64,000 nt of DNA from Candidatus Multivoradales bacterium (lineage in GTDB: Bacteria; Acidobacteriota; Thermoanaerobaculia; Multivoradales; Multivoraceae), in the NCBI GenBank assembly GCA_965223325.1, contig CBDCWI010000002.1, forward strand, positions 4,288,001 through 4,352,000. Direction: 5' to 3'. Positions 10,095-20,514 of this stretch are shown here, one piece after another. The number at the start of each line of letters is the position of its first letter. Within the stretch, counting starts at the first letter, position 1. Position numbers and translations under genes: made by a program. Below the pieces are notes generated by a model that was given only the letters and a program-made list of their open reading frames with translations, had not been told where the DNA came from and ran no database searches.

Positions 10095-12382
10095 CTTCCT
10101 TCGTCCGAGGATCGAGCCTCGTCCTTGAGGCGCCGATATTCATCAAAGGCCAATCGGGCCGCGTCACGACGCCCGAGGCGCTGGTAGAGCTGTCCCAGGT
10201 GATAGTGGGATTCGGCGTCTGTGGGTGCCAGGCCGATTGCCGCTTCGAGTTGTTCGCGTGCCAGCTCGAGTTCTCCACTCGTCAACATGATCCGACCGAG
10301 CAGCGCTCGGGCTCGCGCCGACTCGGGATCGCGCGCCAAGAGGGATTGGAGTATCTCCACGGCCTGCTCGGGCTGTTGACTCAAGTCGAGAACGGTCGCC
10401 AGGGTAAAGGTTGCGCGGTTATCGCCGGGATGATGAGCCAGTTCTCTCCGCAGTTGCGCCTCTGCCTCAGGAAGTTCTCCACGCCGAAGATGAATCTCAG
10501 CAACGGTCGCGTGCGCTTCCGCCACCCGAGGATCGAGGGCCAGCGCACGCTCTAGCGATCCAAGGGCACCGGCAAAGTCTCCCTGTGCCGCGAGCGCTTG
10601 ACCGAGAACGACGTGGAGTTCGGGCCAATCCGAGTGCTCACGCAAGAGCTCGAGAAAGACGCCCGAGGCGTCAGAGGCTCGACCCGCGCGATTGAGCGCT
10701 AGACCAAAGGCATACTGCAACTGTGGGTCGGCGGCTCGACCGGGAAGCCCCTCGAGCAAGCGCGCTGCCCGATCAGGGCTTCCGCTGTTGAGATAGGCCA
10801 AGGCCAGCATGCGCTCTAGCGACGGATCGTCCTCATCCGCAGCCTCCTCGAGAGCACGCGATAGCGGAATCGTCGCCTCCTCGTATCGACCATCACTGAA
10901 GAGCGCGACTCCGAGGGCATAGTGAATCCCTTCCAGGTCGGGGGCGAGATCAGAAGCTGTCGAGAGAAGCTCCGCACCACCTCGATGGTCTCTGTACGAG
11001 CGTACGTACAAAACGCCGAGGTTACGGTACGTCCTGGCCAGCTCACGAACGGTTGCATTTCGCAGCGCCAGCAACTCTCGACGTGCCTGGGGTGTGAGTT
11101 CCGACGAAGGCCTCGCTGTGACGACTGTTTCTGGCGATCGTTCTTGAAGATAGGTCGCCAAGGTTTCACGGGCCCCCTCGGCTGACCGAGCTTGATAACG
11201 CTTCGCATCATCGAAGTGCCGTCTTGCCGCGTCGCCCTGTCCCAAAGCGCGTAGAGCCTGGCCAAGCTGATAGTGCAGATTGGAGAACAGGCGAGCTACC
11301 GGTTCCGAGAGGTCATTGCCCTCCAGGTCCTTGATCTGGGCAAGCGCCAGGAGTGAAGCTTCAACCGCTTCTTCGAAACGACCCACCTCATAGAGACTTC
11401 GGCCGAGGTAGCGCAAGGCTTCTGGGCGCACTGACTCGAGTTCGGCCGCGTGTTCCAGGTGGCTCAACGATGCGGCAAACTCGCGCTTCTCGGCCAGGGC
11501 CATGCCCAGATAGAGGTGGCTTGTGTGGTCGTCAGGATAGTTCTCGAGCTCCGCTCGGAACGCCGCGGCAGCGAGCTCGAGAGCCCCCGACCCTTCCTCG
11601 AGCAGCGCTACGGTTCCCAAGTAGTAGTGGGCTCGCCGGGCCGTGGGCTCGATCTCCAGTGCTTTGGCCAATGCCTCGCGCGCTTCGCCGTAGCGCTCTC
11701 CGTCGCGGAGTGCTCGGCCGACCAGCACGAAGGTCGATGGCGACGGCAGAGTGCTCACCAGCTGGTCGAGAACCTTACCTGCGTCCTCGATACGGTCCGC
11801 TTTGAGGTAAGCGGTCGCCAGAAGGAAGGAGTGCTCAGGATCTCCGCTGCTCGCAGCGACCAGCTGCTCGAGCTCCTGGACGGCGTCCTGAAGGCGACCG
11901 GCCTCACCGAGAGCAAGTGCGAACAGACGCCGGACCTCGAAGTCGGCGGGATCTGCCGACAGGAGAGAACGCCACACAACCTCGGCCTCATCAACGAGAC
12001 CGAGGTCTCCTAGAGTCCGCGCGAGTTCGATCTTCGCTTCTCGCACTTCCAGGGTGGTGTGTGTCGCCGCTTCGAAAGCGGCTCTGGCGGCGCTCTGGTC
12101 TTCCGCTGCGCGCTCGATGCGTCCCAGCAACAACCATCCCAGGGAGAGTGCCGAGCGGTATCGACTTTCGGCAAGGTCCATCTCTCCGGCGCGCAGCGCG
12201 TCTTCCGCCTCTTCGACTGCACGCTCTAACAGCTGCGCGCTGTGCCGTGGTCCCACTGCTCGCTCGGTCTGGAGCCGGGCCTCGAGAGGAGCCGCCACGG
12301 CCAGGGTCATGGCGACCAACAGACAAACCGTTGCGGTGTCTCCGGAGACTCGCAGCATTGTGGCGTAACTAGAGCGGAACAT
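10091..12382 (-). CDS. Large exported tetratricopeptide repeat protein
   Basis: Signal-like segment ending PLEA and many TPR repeats (RAHYYLG, SHLYLGMAL, SHYHLGQLY). Alternative start at 12358. Confidence 0.88.
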   Translation of the reverse strand: MFRSSYATMLRVSGDTATVCLLVAMTLAVAAPLEARLQTERAVGPRHSAQLLERAVEEAEDALRAGEMDLAESRYRSALSLGWLLLGRIERAAEDQSAARAAFEAATHTTLEVREAKIELARTLGDLGLVDEAEVVWRSLLSADPADFEVRRLFALALGEAGRLQDAVQELEQLVAASSGDPEHSFLLATAYLKADRIEDAGKVLDQLVSTLPSPSTFVLVGRALRDGERYGEAREALAKALEIEPTARRAHYYLGTVALLEEGSGALELAAAAFRAELENYPDDHTSHLYLGMALAEKREFAASLSHLEHAAELESVRPEALRYLGRSLYEVGRFEEAVEASLLALAQIKDLEGNDLSEPVARLFSNLHYQLGQALRALGQGDAARRHFDDAKRYQARSAEGARETLATYLQERSPETVVTARPSSELTPQARRELLALRNATVRELARTYRNLGVLYVRSYRDHRGGAELLSTASDLAPDLEGIHYALGVALFSDGRYEEATIPLSRALEEAADEDDPSLERMLALAYLNSGSPDRAARLLEGLPGRAADPQLQYAFGLALNRAGRASDASGVFLELLREHSDWPELHVVLGQALAAQGDFAGALGSLERALALDPRVAEAHATVAEIHLRRGELPEAEAQLRRELAHHPGDNRATFTLATVLDLSQQPEQAVEILQSLLARDPESARARALLGRIMLTSGELELAREQLEAAIGLAPTDAESHYHLGQLYQRLGRRDAARLAFDEYRRLKDEARSSDEGR

Positions 12383-12433
12383 ACGGCATGGTCACAAGCG
12401 GCTTGTCGCTGACGTGGCAGATTCTCTCTGATC

Positions 12434-12475
12434 TTGACAAAAGTAGAGGTTCAGGCCTAGGGTGAAACGATTAAC
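12434..12475 (+). promoter_or_regulatory. Sigma70-type promoter of the TBDR operon overlapped by a LacI-type operator
   Basis: TTGACA (12434-12439), 18 bp spacer, TAGGGT (12458-12463). Operator-like GTGAAACGATTAAC at 12462-12475, followed by a GGGAGGAG ribosome-binding site. Confidence 0.65.
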
Positions 12476-12498
12476 TTAGAACTTTGGGAGGAGAGTCG

Positions 12499-15400
12499 AT
12501 GCGACCGAAGGTGTGTCTGATCGCACTTTTGCTGATTTGCCTCGTGGTGCCCTTGGCGGCACAGCAAACGGCCAGTATCCGCGGAAACATCACCGATTCA
12601 ACTGGAGCGCCCGTTCAAGGCGTCCAGGTTGAAGTTCTGGGCGAAGAGACCGGTCTCGCACGTGAGACGGTCACAAATGCTCAGGGCTTCTACTCGGTAG
12701 CCAGCCTACCGGTTGGCCGCTATGTCGTGTCGGCGGGGAAGGAGGGCTTCAGTACAGCTGTGATCTCTGAGATCGGCCTGAGCGTCGCCGAAGTCAGGGT
12801 GGTCGATGTGACACTCGCCGTCGGTCAGCTAACCGATGAGATCACCACGACTGCTGAGGTCGCACTGATCGAGACGGTTGGTGGCGAGGTCGCGGGTCTG
12901 ATCACCGGCGAGCAGATCCGCGAGCTGCCGCTCAACGGTCGTAACTTCCTCCAACTCACCCTCCTCATGCCGGGCGTTTCTGCGCCCGACAGCTTCAACA
13001 CGAAGAACAAGGGTCTACTGACGGGGTCAGACCTCTCGGTCAGTGGTGGTATGACGACCGGCAATCTGTGGACGGTGGACGGCGCCAACAACAACGACGT
13101 CGGCTCCAACCGCACCATCCTCGTCTACCCATCACTCGAAGCGATCGAGGAATTCAAGATTCACCGCAACTCCTACGGCGCTGAGTACGGTGGGGGTGGC
13201 GGTGCTCAGGTCAACCTCGTCACCCGTGGTGGCACGAATGACCTCAAGGGCAGCGTGTTCTATTTCCGGCGTGATGACTCGTGGAACGAGACCAACGCGA
13301 TTCTCGAAGAGGCAAACCAGCCCAAGGCTCCACTCGAGCGTGATGACTATGGCTACACCTTCGGCGGCCCGATCATGCGCGACAAGCTTCACTTCTTCGT
13401 GTCGCAAGAGTGGAACGATGAGATCCGTGGCGTAGCACGGAGTGCTCAGGTTCCTACCGCCCTCGAGAAGCAGGGTAACTTCAGCCAGTCTGATCCGGGC
13501 TGTCCCGGCGTTCCGGTCGACCCAACGACTGGTCAGCCGTTTCCGGGGAACATCATCCCGCCCGACCGCATCTCCGAGGTCGGCCAGAACTTCGTCAACA
13601 TCTGGCCAGACGCAAACACCTCGATCCCCGGAACCTGCACCAACTGGGTCGCGGCGATCGCCACCCCAATCGACTGGGAACAGATCAATGCTCGCGTTGA
13701 CTGGAGCTTCACGCAGAAACACCGCGCCCTGCTCCGCTACACCGAGGATGATTGGACCAATCCCGGGCCAACTGCCGGCGACGCCAACGGACTCTGGGGC
13801 GATGACCCCTTCCCGTCGGTTGACTCGAACTGGCAGCAGCCAAGTGACTCGTTGGTCGCTCAGATCAACTCGGTGATCGGTTCGACGGCGATCAACACGC
13901 TGACGTTCTCCCAGTCGGGGAACGAGATCAACATCGTCCAGGGTGGCCAGGATCCAGCGCTGACCAGTGCTCTGAATAATGGTTACCAGGGCTTCTTTCC
14001 CACCTCAGGCAAGACCAACGATGCGGCGCACCCGGTGTTCTGGGGTGGTGGCGGCATGGACAGCGTCTGGGTCCAGTCGCCCTGGAACAACGCTCAGGAT
14101 ATCGACCTCTATAAGGACGACTACGAGCAGGTCTTCGGCGACCACGTCCTGAAGGCCGGCGTTCTCTACAGTGAGAATCGCAAGGCTGAACCGTTGCTTG
14201 GTCCGAGCGACGAGGCCGGCCGCCTCTGGGGTGCCTTCCCAGGTTCGGCGACCGGCTACGCCGGGAATCCTTGGGGTGGCAACAGCGGCAACACGGTGGC
14301 CGACTTCCTACTCGACGGAATGTTTTTTGGCTTCAGTGAAGTGTCCCGCACCGTCCCTGGCGACATCCAGTGGGAAGACTTCGAACTCTATGTTTCGGAC
14401 AGTTGGAGTATTCGTAACAACCTCACGCTCGACTACGGCGTTCGCTACTCGCTCTTCAAGGAGCCGTACAACGCCAACCCCAACGAGTACCTGAGCTTCA
14501 ACCCGGATCGCTTCGACCCCGCGCTGGGTGGAGCGCCGTGCAACGGGCTGATGCAAGTGCCGGGTACGAGCCCTTGTGCCGACGCCGGATTCGCGGGTGG
14601 GTCGTTTGGTCCGAACAAGACACTCATCAACGAGGACGACGACAACTTCGCACCGCGACTCGGCCTCGCCTGGGACATCACAGGCAAGGGCGCGAATGTA
14701 CTTCGCGCCGGCTTCGGCCAGTTCTTCCAGCGTGACCGGGTGAGCCCCTTCCTCGCGCTCCCTGGAAACCCGCCGCTGGTTCAGACCGCGTTCGGTCTGC
14801 GAACACTCGACGGCCAGTTCGACAGCATTGGCACCAGCGCCGGCTCACCTCAGGCGGGTTGGGATGTCAATCGCGAAACGCCTTACATGATGCAGTTCAA
14901 CGTTGCCTGGGAGCGTGCCCTGGGCGCCAACTCTTCGATTGAGGTTGCGTACGTAGGGAACCGTGGCAAGCACCTGCTGCAGTCGAACCAGATCAACTAC
15001 GTCCCCGAGGGAGATGCCAACGGAAACGGAATCTCGGATCGCCTGGAGTATGTGCAATGCCCGAACGGCGACACAGGCTGTCAGTCGCAGTTCCAGCGGT
15101 TCGGCGTGTTTGGCGCGGGCAACATTCTGTACTGGACGACCGGCGGTATCTCTGAATACGACTCGTTGCAGTCGCAGTTCATCACCCGCTTCGGGCGTGG
15201 ATCGCAGTTCCAGGCGTCCTATACCTGGTCGGACTTCAACAGCCAGGGTGACGTTGCCGGGTCGTCGGGGAGCTTCAATGCGACCGAGACCGTCACCGAC
15301 CCGGACAACCCGGGTCTTGATTGGGGTCCAGCCGAGACGCACCGCGAGCACATTTTGAACGCCAGTGTGATTTACAACCTGCCTACCTTAGAGGGTGTCG

Positions 15401-15936
15401 GTGGCTTCAAGGAATGGGTGCTCGGGAACTGGTCGATAGCCGGTATCGTGAATTACAGCTCCGGCACGCCGATCACCGTCTTCACTGGGTCTTTCAGTGA
15501 GATCGGTGTTGCGGGCGGCGGCACAGGGTACAACGATGCGCAGCGGCCGATTCGGGTTCCCAATGCGTCGTGCAGCGGGGGTGGGCGTCAGGTCCTCAAC
15601 CCGGCGGCGTTTACCCTTGATGGATACCGTCTCGGCGACACCTCTCAGCAGGTTGGCCGCGGTGTTTGTGAAGGGCCGGACTTCTTCCAGGTCGACCTGT
15701 CGTTCTATAAGAGCATTCCCATCAAGAATGCGGCGAACGTGCAGTTGCGTTTCGAGATTTTCAATATCTTCGACGAAACCAACTGGTTCGACGTGGACAA
15801 CAACTGGGACGGCCCGACGACCTTCGATGCTGGTGTCACCACGGTGACGAGCTCCTCGGCGCAGCCCAACTTTGGTCTCGCCCGCCGAGCTCGTGATCCC
15901 CGCGAAGTGCAGGTCGGGGTCAAGGTCAGCTTCTGA
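12499..15936 (+). CDS. TonB-dependent receptor, Oar/carboxypeptidase-regulatory-like type
   Basis: Signal peptide, N-terminal SIRGNITDSTGAPV domain, plug motif ELPLNGRNFLQLTLLMPGV, NFAPRLGLAWD, and C-terminal beta-signal PREVQVGVKVSF. Confidence 0.93.
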   Translation: MRPKVCLIALLLICLVVPLAAQQTASIRGNITDSTGAPVQGVQVEVLGEETGLARETVTNAQGFYSVASLPVGRYVVSAGKEGFSTAVISEIGLSVAEVRVVDVTLAVGQLTDEITTTAEVALIETVGGEVAGLITGEQIRELPLNGRNFLQLTLLMPGVSAPDSFNTKNKGLLTGSDLSVSGGMTTGNLWTVDGANNNDVGSNRTILVYPSLEAIEEFKIHRNSYGAEYGGGGGAQVNLVTRGGTNDLKGSVFYFRRDDSWNETNAILEEANQPKAPLERDDYGYTFGGPIMRDKLHFFVSQEWNDEIRGVARSAQVPTALEKQGNFSQSDPGCPGVPVDPTTGQPFPGNIIPPDRISEVGQNFVNIWPDANTSIPGTCTNWVAAIATPIDWEQINARVDWSFTQKHRALLRYTEDDWTNPGPTAGDANGLWGDDPFPSVDSNWQQPSDSLVAQINSVIGSTAINTLTFSQSGNEINIVQGGQDPALTSALNNGYQGFFPTSGKTNDAAHPVFWGGGGMDSVWVQSPWNNAQDIDLYKDDYEQVFGDHVLKAGVLYSENRKAEPLLGPSDEAGRLWGAFPGSATGYAGNPWGGNSGNTVADFLLDGMFFGFSEVSRTVPGDIQWEDFELYVSDSWSIRNNLTLDYGVRYSLFKEPYNANPNEYLSFNPDRFDPALGGAPCNGLMQVPGTSPCADAGFAGGSFGPNKTLINEDDDNFAPRLGLAWDITGKGANVLRAGFGQFFQRDRVSPFLALPGNPPLVQTAFGLRTLDGQFDSIGTSAGSPQAGWDVNRETPYMMQFNVAWERALGANSSIEVAYVGNRGKHLLQSNQINYVPEGDANGNGISDRLEYVQCPNGDTGCQSQFQRFGVFGAGNILYWTTGGISEYDSLQSQFITRFGRGSQFQASYTWSDFNSQGDVAGSSGSFNATETVTDPDNPGLDWGPAETHREHILNASVIYNLPTLEGVGGFKEWVLGNWSIAGIVNYSSGTPITVFTGSFSEIGVAGGGTGYNDAQRPIRVPNASCSGGGRQVLNPAAFTLDGYRLGDTSQQVGRGVCEGPDFFQVDLSFYKSIPIKNAANVQLRFEIFNIFDETNWFDVDNNWDGPTTFDAGVTTVTSSSAQPNFGLARRARDPREVQVGVKVSF

Positions 15937-15971
15937 TCGCCCCTCCCCACGTTGAACGGGGGAACCGAACT

Positions 15972-16001
15972 GGGCTGCGGTCTCGGAAGGGGCCGCAGCC
16001 C
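15972..16001 (+). terminator. Intercistronic GC-rich hairpin (mRNA stabiliser or partial terminator)
   Basis: GGGCTGCGGTCTC-GGAA-GGGGCCGCAGCCC: a 13-bp stem including two G-U pairs, a GNRA loop and only a short TTGT tail. Confidence 0.55.
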
Positions 16002-16064
16002 TTGTCGTCCGTGCCCCCGCTGGCGGAGCGGGCCCGTGGCACTCTGGATGATAGGAGATCCCTG

Positions 16065-18638
16065 ATGCTGGAAACGAGAACGTGCCCACGAGTTGAAGCG
16101 CTCCTGCCCGCGAAGGTGGGCGGCGGAGTGTTGGTTGCGCTGGCCGCACTGACGTTGGCAGCGTGCTCATCGGAGACGGGCGAAGTCCCAACAGCCTCGT
16201 TCTCGCCGGGGCTTACCGACCCAAAGCTGTGGCCTGTCGTCGATAGTCCGGTTGGCGAAGATGCCGAGATCGAGGCCGCGGTTGCGACTCTCCTTGCACG
16301 TATGACCGTCGAAGAGAAGGTCGGGCAGGTGATCCAACCCGAGATCAACTCAGTGACGCCAGACGAGGTCAAGCAGTATCGACTTGGCTCGGTCCTCAAC
16401 GGCGGGGGTGGCTGGCCGGGTACCAACAAACAGTCCACGCCTCTCGACTGGCTCGCTTTGGCGGACGCTTTCTGGGAAGCTTCGATGGATGTTCCCGAGG
16501 GCCGGCCAGCGATACCGGTGATGTGGGGGCTGGACGCGGTCCATGGCCACAACAACGTCATTGGCGCAACCCTTTTTCCGCACAACTCGGGTCTCGGAGC
16601 CGCGAACGATCCCGACCTCATCCGTGAGATCGGTCGGGTGACAGCGCGTGAGGTTGCGGTCACCGGACAGGATTGGGACTTCGGCCCAACCGTTGCGGTG
16701 GCCCGTGACGGCCGCTGGGGACGCGCCTACGAAAGCTACTCCGAGAGTCCAGAGATCGTCGCCGCCTATGCCCGCGCGATGACAGAGGGGCTCCAGGGTA
16801 AGGCCGGGAGTGCCGCCTTTCTCGATGGTGAACACCTGATCGCCACGGCCAAGCACTTCATCGCCGACGGTGGAACCGAAGGTGGCGTCGACCAGGGTGA
16901 CAGCGTGGTCTCGGAAGAGACCCTGCGGGATGTTCACGGGGCCGGCTACTTTGCCGCCCTCGAAGCCGGCGTCCAAACCGTGATGGCGTCGTTCAGCTCT
17001 TGGCATGGAACCAAGCTGCACGGTCATCGCCGTCTTCTAACCGAAGTCCTCAAGGGCCGCATGGGCTTTGACGGCATCGTGGTAGGCGACTGGAACGGCC
17101 ACGGACAGGTCGAAGGCTGCACGAACGGAAACTGCCCTGAGGCCTTTATGGCTGGAGTTGACATCTTCATGGTGCCCCAGGACTGGAAGGAACTGTGGAA
17201 CAACACGGTCCAGCAGGTCGAGTCCGGCGCTATCACAGTCGAGCGTCTCGATGATGCAGTGAGGCGAATCCTGCGCGTCAAGATGCGAGCGGGCCTCTTC
17301 GAGCGGGGCAAACCTTCTGCTCGTCCTCTCGCGGGGCGTGTGGAAGTCATGGGTTCCGCTGCACATCGCGAAGTCGCCCGCCGCGCCGTGCGCTCGTCGC
17401 TGGTCCTCCTCAAGAATTCCGGAGGACTCCTCCCGCTTCGGCCGAACCAGCACGTCCTTGTCGCCGGCGACGGCGCCGACAACATTGGCAAACAAAGTGG
17501 TGGCTGGACGATCACCTGGCAAGGCACCGGCAACACCAATGACGACTTTCCAGGAGCGACGTCGATCTGGGAAGGAATCCGAGCTTCGGTCGAGTCAGGC
17601 GGAGGGAAGGCGACCCTGAGCTCCGATGGCAGCTTCGTCGATCGGCCCGACGTTGCGGTGGTGGTCTTTGGTGAGGACCCCTATGCCGAGTTCCAGGGCG
17701 ATCGCGACTCCGTCGACTACGCGCCCGGCAACGATACGGACCTCGCGCTCCTGCGTCGTTTCAAGCAAGCCGATATCCCGGTTGTTGCGATATTCCTCAC
17801 CGGCCGTCCGCTCTGGGTTAACCCCGAGATCAACGCCTCGGATGCATTCGTCGTCGCCTGGCTCCCCGGTACCGAGGGTGGGGGAGTCGCCGATGTCGTA
17901 GTAGCCGGAGCTGCCGGCGAAGTCCGGCACCAGATCAATGGGCGCCTCCCGTTCTCGTGGCCCGCGAGCCCGGACCAGGCGGTTCTAAACCACGACGATC
18001 CGAATGCTCTTCCTCTCTTCGCCTTTGGCTACGGACTGTCATACGCCGATGATGGAGAGCTCGCCGTACTCGACGAGAGCGTGGCCGCCAATACGATCAC
18101 GAATCGAACCACCTTCTACGACGCCGGGCCGAAAGCCCCCTGGCGCGTGATCCTGCGTGACGATGACGGGTCGGAGAGCGTGTACGCCGGCTCCCGAGCG
18201 GCCACCCAAGCCCTCAGCGTGCGCGCGATCGATCGCAACGTTCAAGAGGACGCTCTCGAGGCTAGGTGGTCGGGGACCGGTAGCGCGGCCCTGTACTTGA
18301 GGGCGCGCGAACCGGTCGACCTCTCGCGAGAGGCCAACGGCGAGATGGCGCTCGGCTTCGCGGTTCGCCGGAGCGATAACGAGAACCCATCGTCAGTGCT
18401 TCGTATGAGTTGCGGCAGCGACTGCTCTGGCGCCCTGGACATCTCTGCTTCCCTTGCCGGGTTGCCGCCTGGCGAATGGCAGGAGATGGCGATCCGCCTT
18501 CGCTGCTTCGAGGACGCCGGCGCCAGGATGAAAAGCATTGACGTTCCGTTCTCGCTTGTCTCTTCAGGACCGCTGACCCTCGGACTCGCAGATATTCGGC
18601 TGGTGTCAGCCACCGAGCATGTCGCGGACTGCCCCTAA
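16065..18638 (+). CDS. GH3 beta-glucosidase / exo-1,3/1,4-beta-glucan glucohydrolase (ExoP-like), probable lipoprotein
   Basis: Motifs DAVHGHNN, KHFIADGG, VMASFSSW, nucleophile VGDWNG and GEDPYAEFQGD. Lipobox LAAC, extra C-terminal beta-sandwich domain, AGGAGA before ATG 16065. Confidence 0.93.
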   Translation: MLETRTCPRVEALLPAKVGGGVLVALAALTLAACSSETGEVPTASFSPGLTDPKLWPVVDSPVGEDAEIEAAVATLLARMTVEEKVGQVIQPEINSVTPDEVKQYRLGSVLNGGGGWPGTNKQSTPLDWLALADAFWEASMDVPEGRPAIPVMWGLDAVHGHNNVIGATLFPHNSGLGAANDPDLIREIGRVTAREVAVTGQDWDFGPTVAVARDGRWGRAYESYSESPEIVAAYARAMTEGLQGKAGSAAFLDGEHLIATAKHFIADGGTEGGVDQGDSVVSEETLRDVHGAGYFAALEAGVQTVMASFSSWHGTKLHGHRRLLTEVLKGRMGFDGIVVGDWNGHGQVEGCTNGNCPEAFMAGVDIFMVPQDWKELWNNTVQQVESGAITVERLDDAVRRILRVKMRAGLFERGKPSARPLAGRVEVMGSAAHREVARRAVRSSLVLLKNSGGLLPLRPNQHVLVAGDGADNIGKQSGGWTITWQGTGNTNDDFPGATSIWEGIRASVESGGGKATLSSDGSFVDRPDVAVVVFGEDPYAEFQGDRDSVDYAPGNDTDLALLRRFKQADIPVVAIFLTGRPLWVNPEINASDAFVVAWLPGTEGGGVADVVVAGAAGEVRHQINGRLPFSWPASPDQAVLNHDDPNALPLFAFGYGLSYADDGELAVLDESVAANTITNRTTFYDAGPKAPWRVILRDDDGSESVYAGSRAATQALSVRAIDRNVQEDALEARWSGTGSAALYLRAREPVDLSREANGEMALGFAVRRSDNENPSSVLRMSCGSDCSGALDISASLAGLPPGEWQEMAIRLRCFEDAGARMKSIDVPFSLVSSGPLTLGLADIRLVSATEHVADCP

Positions 18639-18665
18639 GACCAGAAGGCCAAGACAGGAGAACTG

Positions 18666-20324
18666 ATGGGAATCGAAACACTCGACTGGGTGGTCATCGC
18701 GGCCTACTTCGCCGCCATCATCGCGATCGCTGTGTGGGCGATTCGAAGAGAACGTCGTGGCGAGAAGAATTCGGCCGACTATTTCCTCGCAGGCCGCAAT
18801 GTCGGCTGGTTTGTCGTCGGCGCGTCTCTCTTCGCTTCGAACATTGGTTCCGAGCATTTAGTAGGCCTCGCCGGGACGGCTGCCTCTGATGGCTTGGTGA
18901 TGGGTCAGTTCGAGCTCCAGGCTTCGTTGATCCTGCTGCTGCTCGGATGGCTCTTTGTGCCCTTCTACATCAAGAGCGGCGTGTACACCATGCCAGAGTT
19001 TCTCGAGCGCCGCTATTCACCGGCTGCCCGTTGGTATCTCTCCATTGTGGCGGTCATCGGATACGTCCTCACCAAGATTTCCGTCACGATCTATGCCGGC
19101 GGCGTGGTGTTCGAGTCGCTGATGGGAATCGACTTCTGGACTGGCGCCCTGGTTGTGGTGTTGATCACCGGCCTCTATACCGTTCTTGGAGGTCTGCGTG
19201 CGGTTGTTTACACCGACCTCATGCAGGCGTTTGTGTTGATCCTCGGAGCTGGCGTCGTGACCATGATGGGCCTCTCGCGCCTCGGTGGATGGGGCGGAAT
19301 GGTTGCGGCGGCTGAGCCTGGATTCTTTGACATCTGGAAGGCCGCATCGCATCCTGACTTCCCGTGGACCGGCATGGTGTTCGGTGCTCCGATCATTGCG
19401 ATCTGGTACTGGTGTACCGACCAGTTCATCGTCCAGCGCACGCTCTCGGCACGTGGTATCGACGACGCGCGGCGCGGAACCATTTTCGCGGCGTTGCTCA
19501 AGCAGCTTCCGCTGTTCCTCTTCGTGGTTCCGGGCGTCATCGCATACTGCCTCGCGAAGTCCGGCGAGATCGAACTCGCCAGTGCCGACCAAGCCCTGCC
19601 CACTCTCGTGGCTGCCCTTCTCCCGGCCGGACTTCGGGGGTTGGTTGTTGCCGGCTTGATTGCAGCACTGATGAGCTCCCTCTCCTCTGTGTTCAACTCC
19701 TGCTCGACCTTGATCACGCTAGACATCTACAAGCAACTACGACCGGAGACCTCTGAGCGCCGGCTGGTAGTCGTAGGACAACTATCGACGGCAGTTCTCG
19801 TTGTCCTGGGTCTTGCCTGGATCCCTCTGATGTCGAACATTTCGGGGGTGCTATACCAATACCTCCAGAGTGTTCAGGCATACATCGCACCACCGATCGC
19901 GGCCGTGTTCTTACTTGGGCTTCTTTGGTCGCGTCTCAATGCGGCCGGTGCGATGGCCTCGCTACTCACGGGGTTCGTCCTTGGAATGCTGCGGCTCGTT
20001 CTCGAGCTCAACCGTGACGATCTCGGTGGTTTCGCCTACACCTACGCATCGATCAATTTCATGAACTTCGCCTCGCTCCTCTTTCTGGTGTGCGTCGGCG
20101 TGTTGGTTGTCGTGAGCCTTATGACCCCTCCGCCGGCGCCAGAAAAGGTCCGCGGCTTGACTTTCCAGACAGCCGGAGAGGCAGTAGCGGGCGCTGCAAC
20201 GACAGATGCGCACCGCGCCATCTCGGACCCGGCGTGGCAGCGCCGCGACAAGGTCATGTCCGGCATTGTTGTGGTGTTGGTCGCCCTCGTGATGCTGTAC
20301 TTCTCGGGCTTCTTTTTCGGCTAA
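18666..20324 (+). CDS. Sodium:solute symporter (SGLT-like sugar transporter)
   Basis: Motifs DYFLAGR, ASNIGSEHLVGLAG, TMPEFLERRY, WYWCTDQFIVQR and AALMSSLSS, with many transmembrane segments. Confidence 0.95.
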   Translation: MGIETLDWVVIAAYFAAIIAIAVWAIRRERRGEKNSADYFLAGRNVGWFVVGASLFASNIGSEHLVGLAGTAASDGLVMGQFELQASLILLLLGWLFVPFYIKSGVYTMPEFLERRYSPAARWYLSIVAVIGYVLTKISVTIYAGGVVFESLMGIDFWTGALVVVLITGLYTVLGGLRAVVYTDLMQAFVLILGAGVVTMMGLSRLGGWGGMVAAAEPGFFDIWKAASHPDFPWTGMVFGAPIIAIWYWCTDQFIVQRTLSARGIDDARRGTIFAALLKQLPLFLFVVPGVIAYCLAKSGEIELASADQALPTLVAALLPAGLRGLVVAGLIAALMSSLSSVFNSCSTLITLDIYKQLRPETSERRLVVVGQLSTAVLVVLGLAWIPLMSNISGVLYQYLQSVQAYIAPPIAAVFLLGLLWSRLNAAGAMASLLTGFVLGMLRLVLELNRDDLGGFAYTYASINFMNFASLLFLVCVGVLVVVSLMTPPPAPEKVRGLTFQTAGEAVAGAATTDAHRAISDPAWQRRDKVMSGIVVVLVALVMLYFSGFFFG

Positions 20325-20514
20325 TGCGCCACGCCCAGCTTCCTTCGCCGGCCCGTGAGGCGTGTGTCCTCGTGGGGTCCATGCCGTTCTTCAGGGCGAC
20401 TAGTCGCCCATCGGTAGCTAGACAAGACGAGCCAGTCGATGGCGTCTTCAAACAGCTCGTCCATGCGCGCGTCGATGAGTGGAAACGGAAGCCACCGCGA
20501 CCGGAGTGTCTCGC

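Noticed and set aside
20394-20409. Perfect 16-bp palindrome GGGCGACTAGTCGCCC between the SSS gene and glk
   Set aside because: It is a single copy with no U tract and no similarity to the LacI-type sites, so I cannot assign a function.
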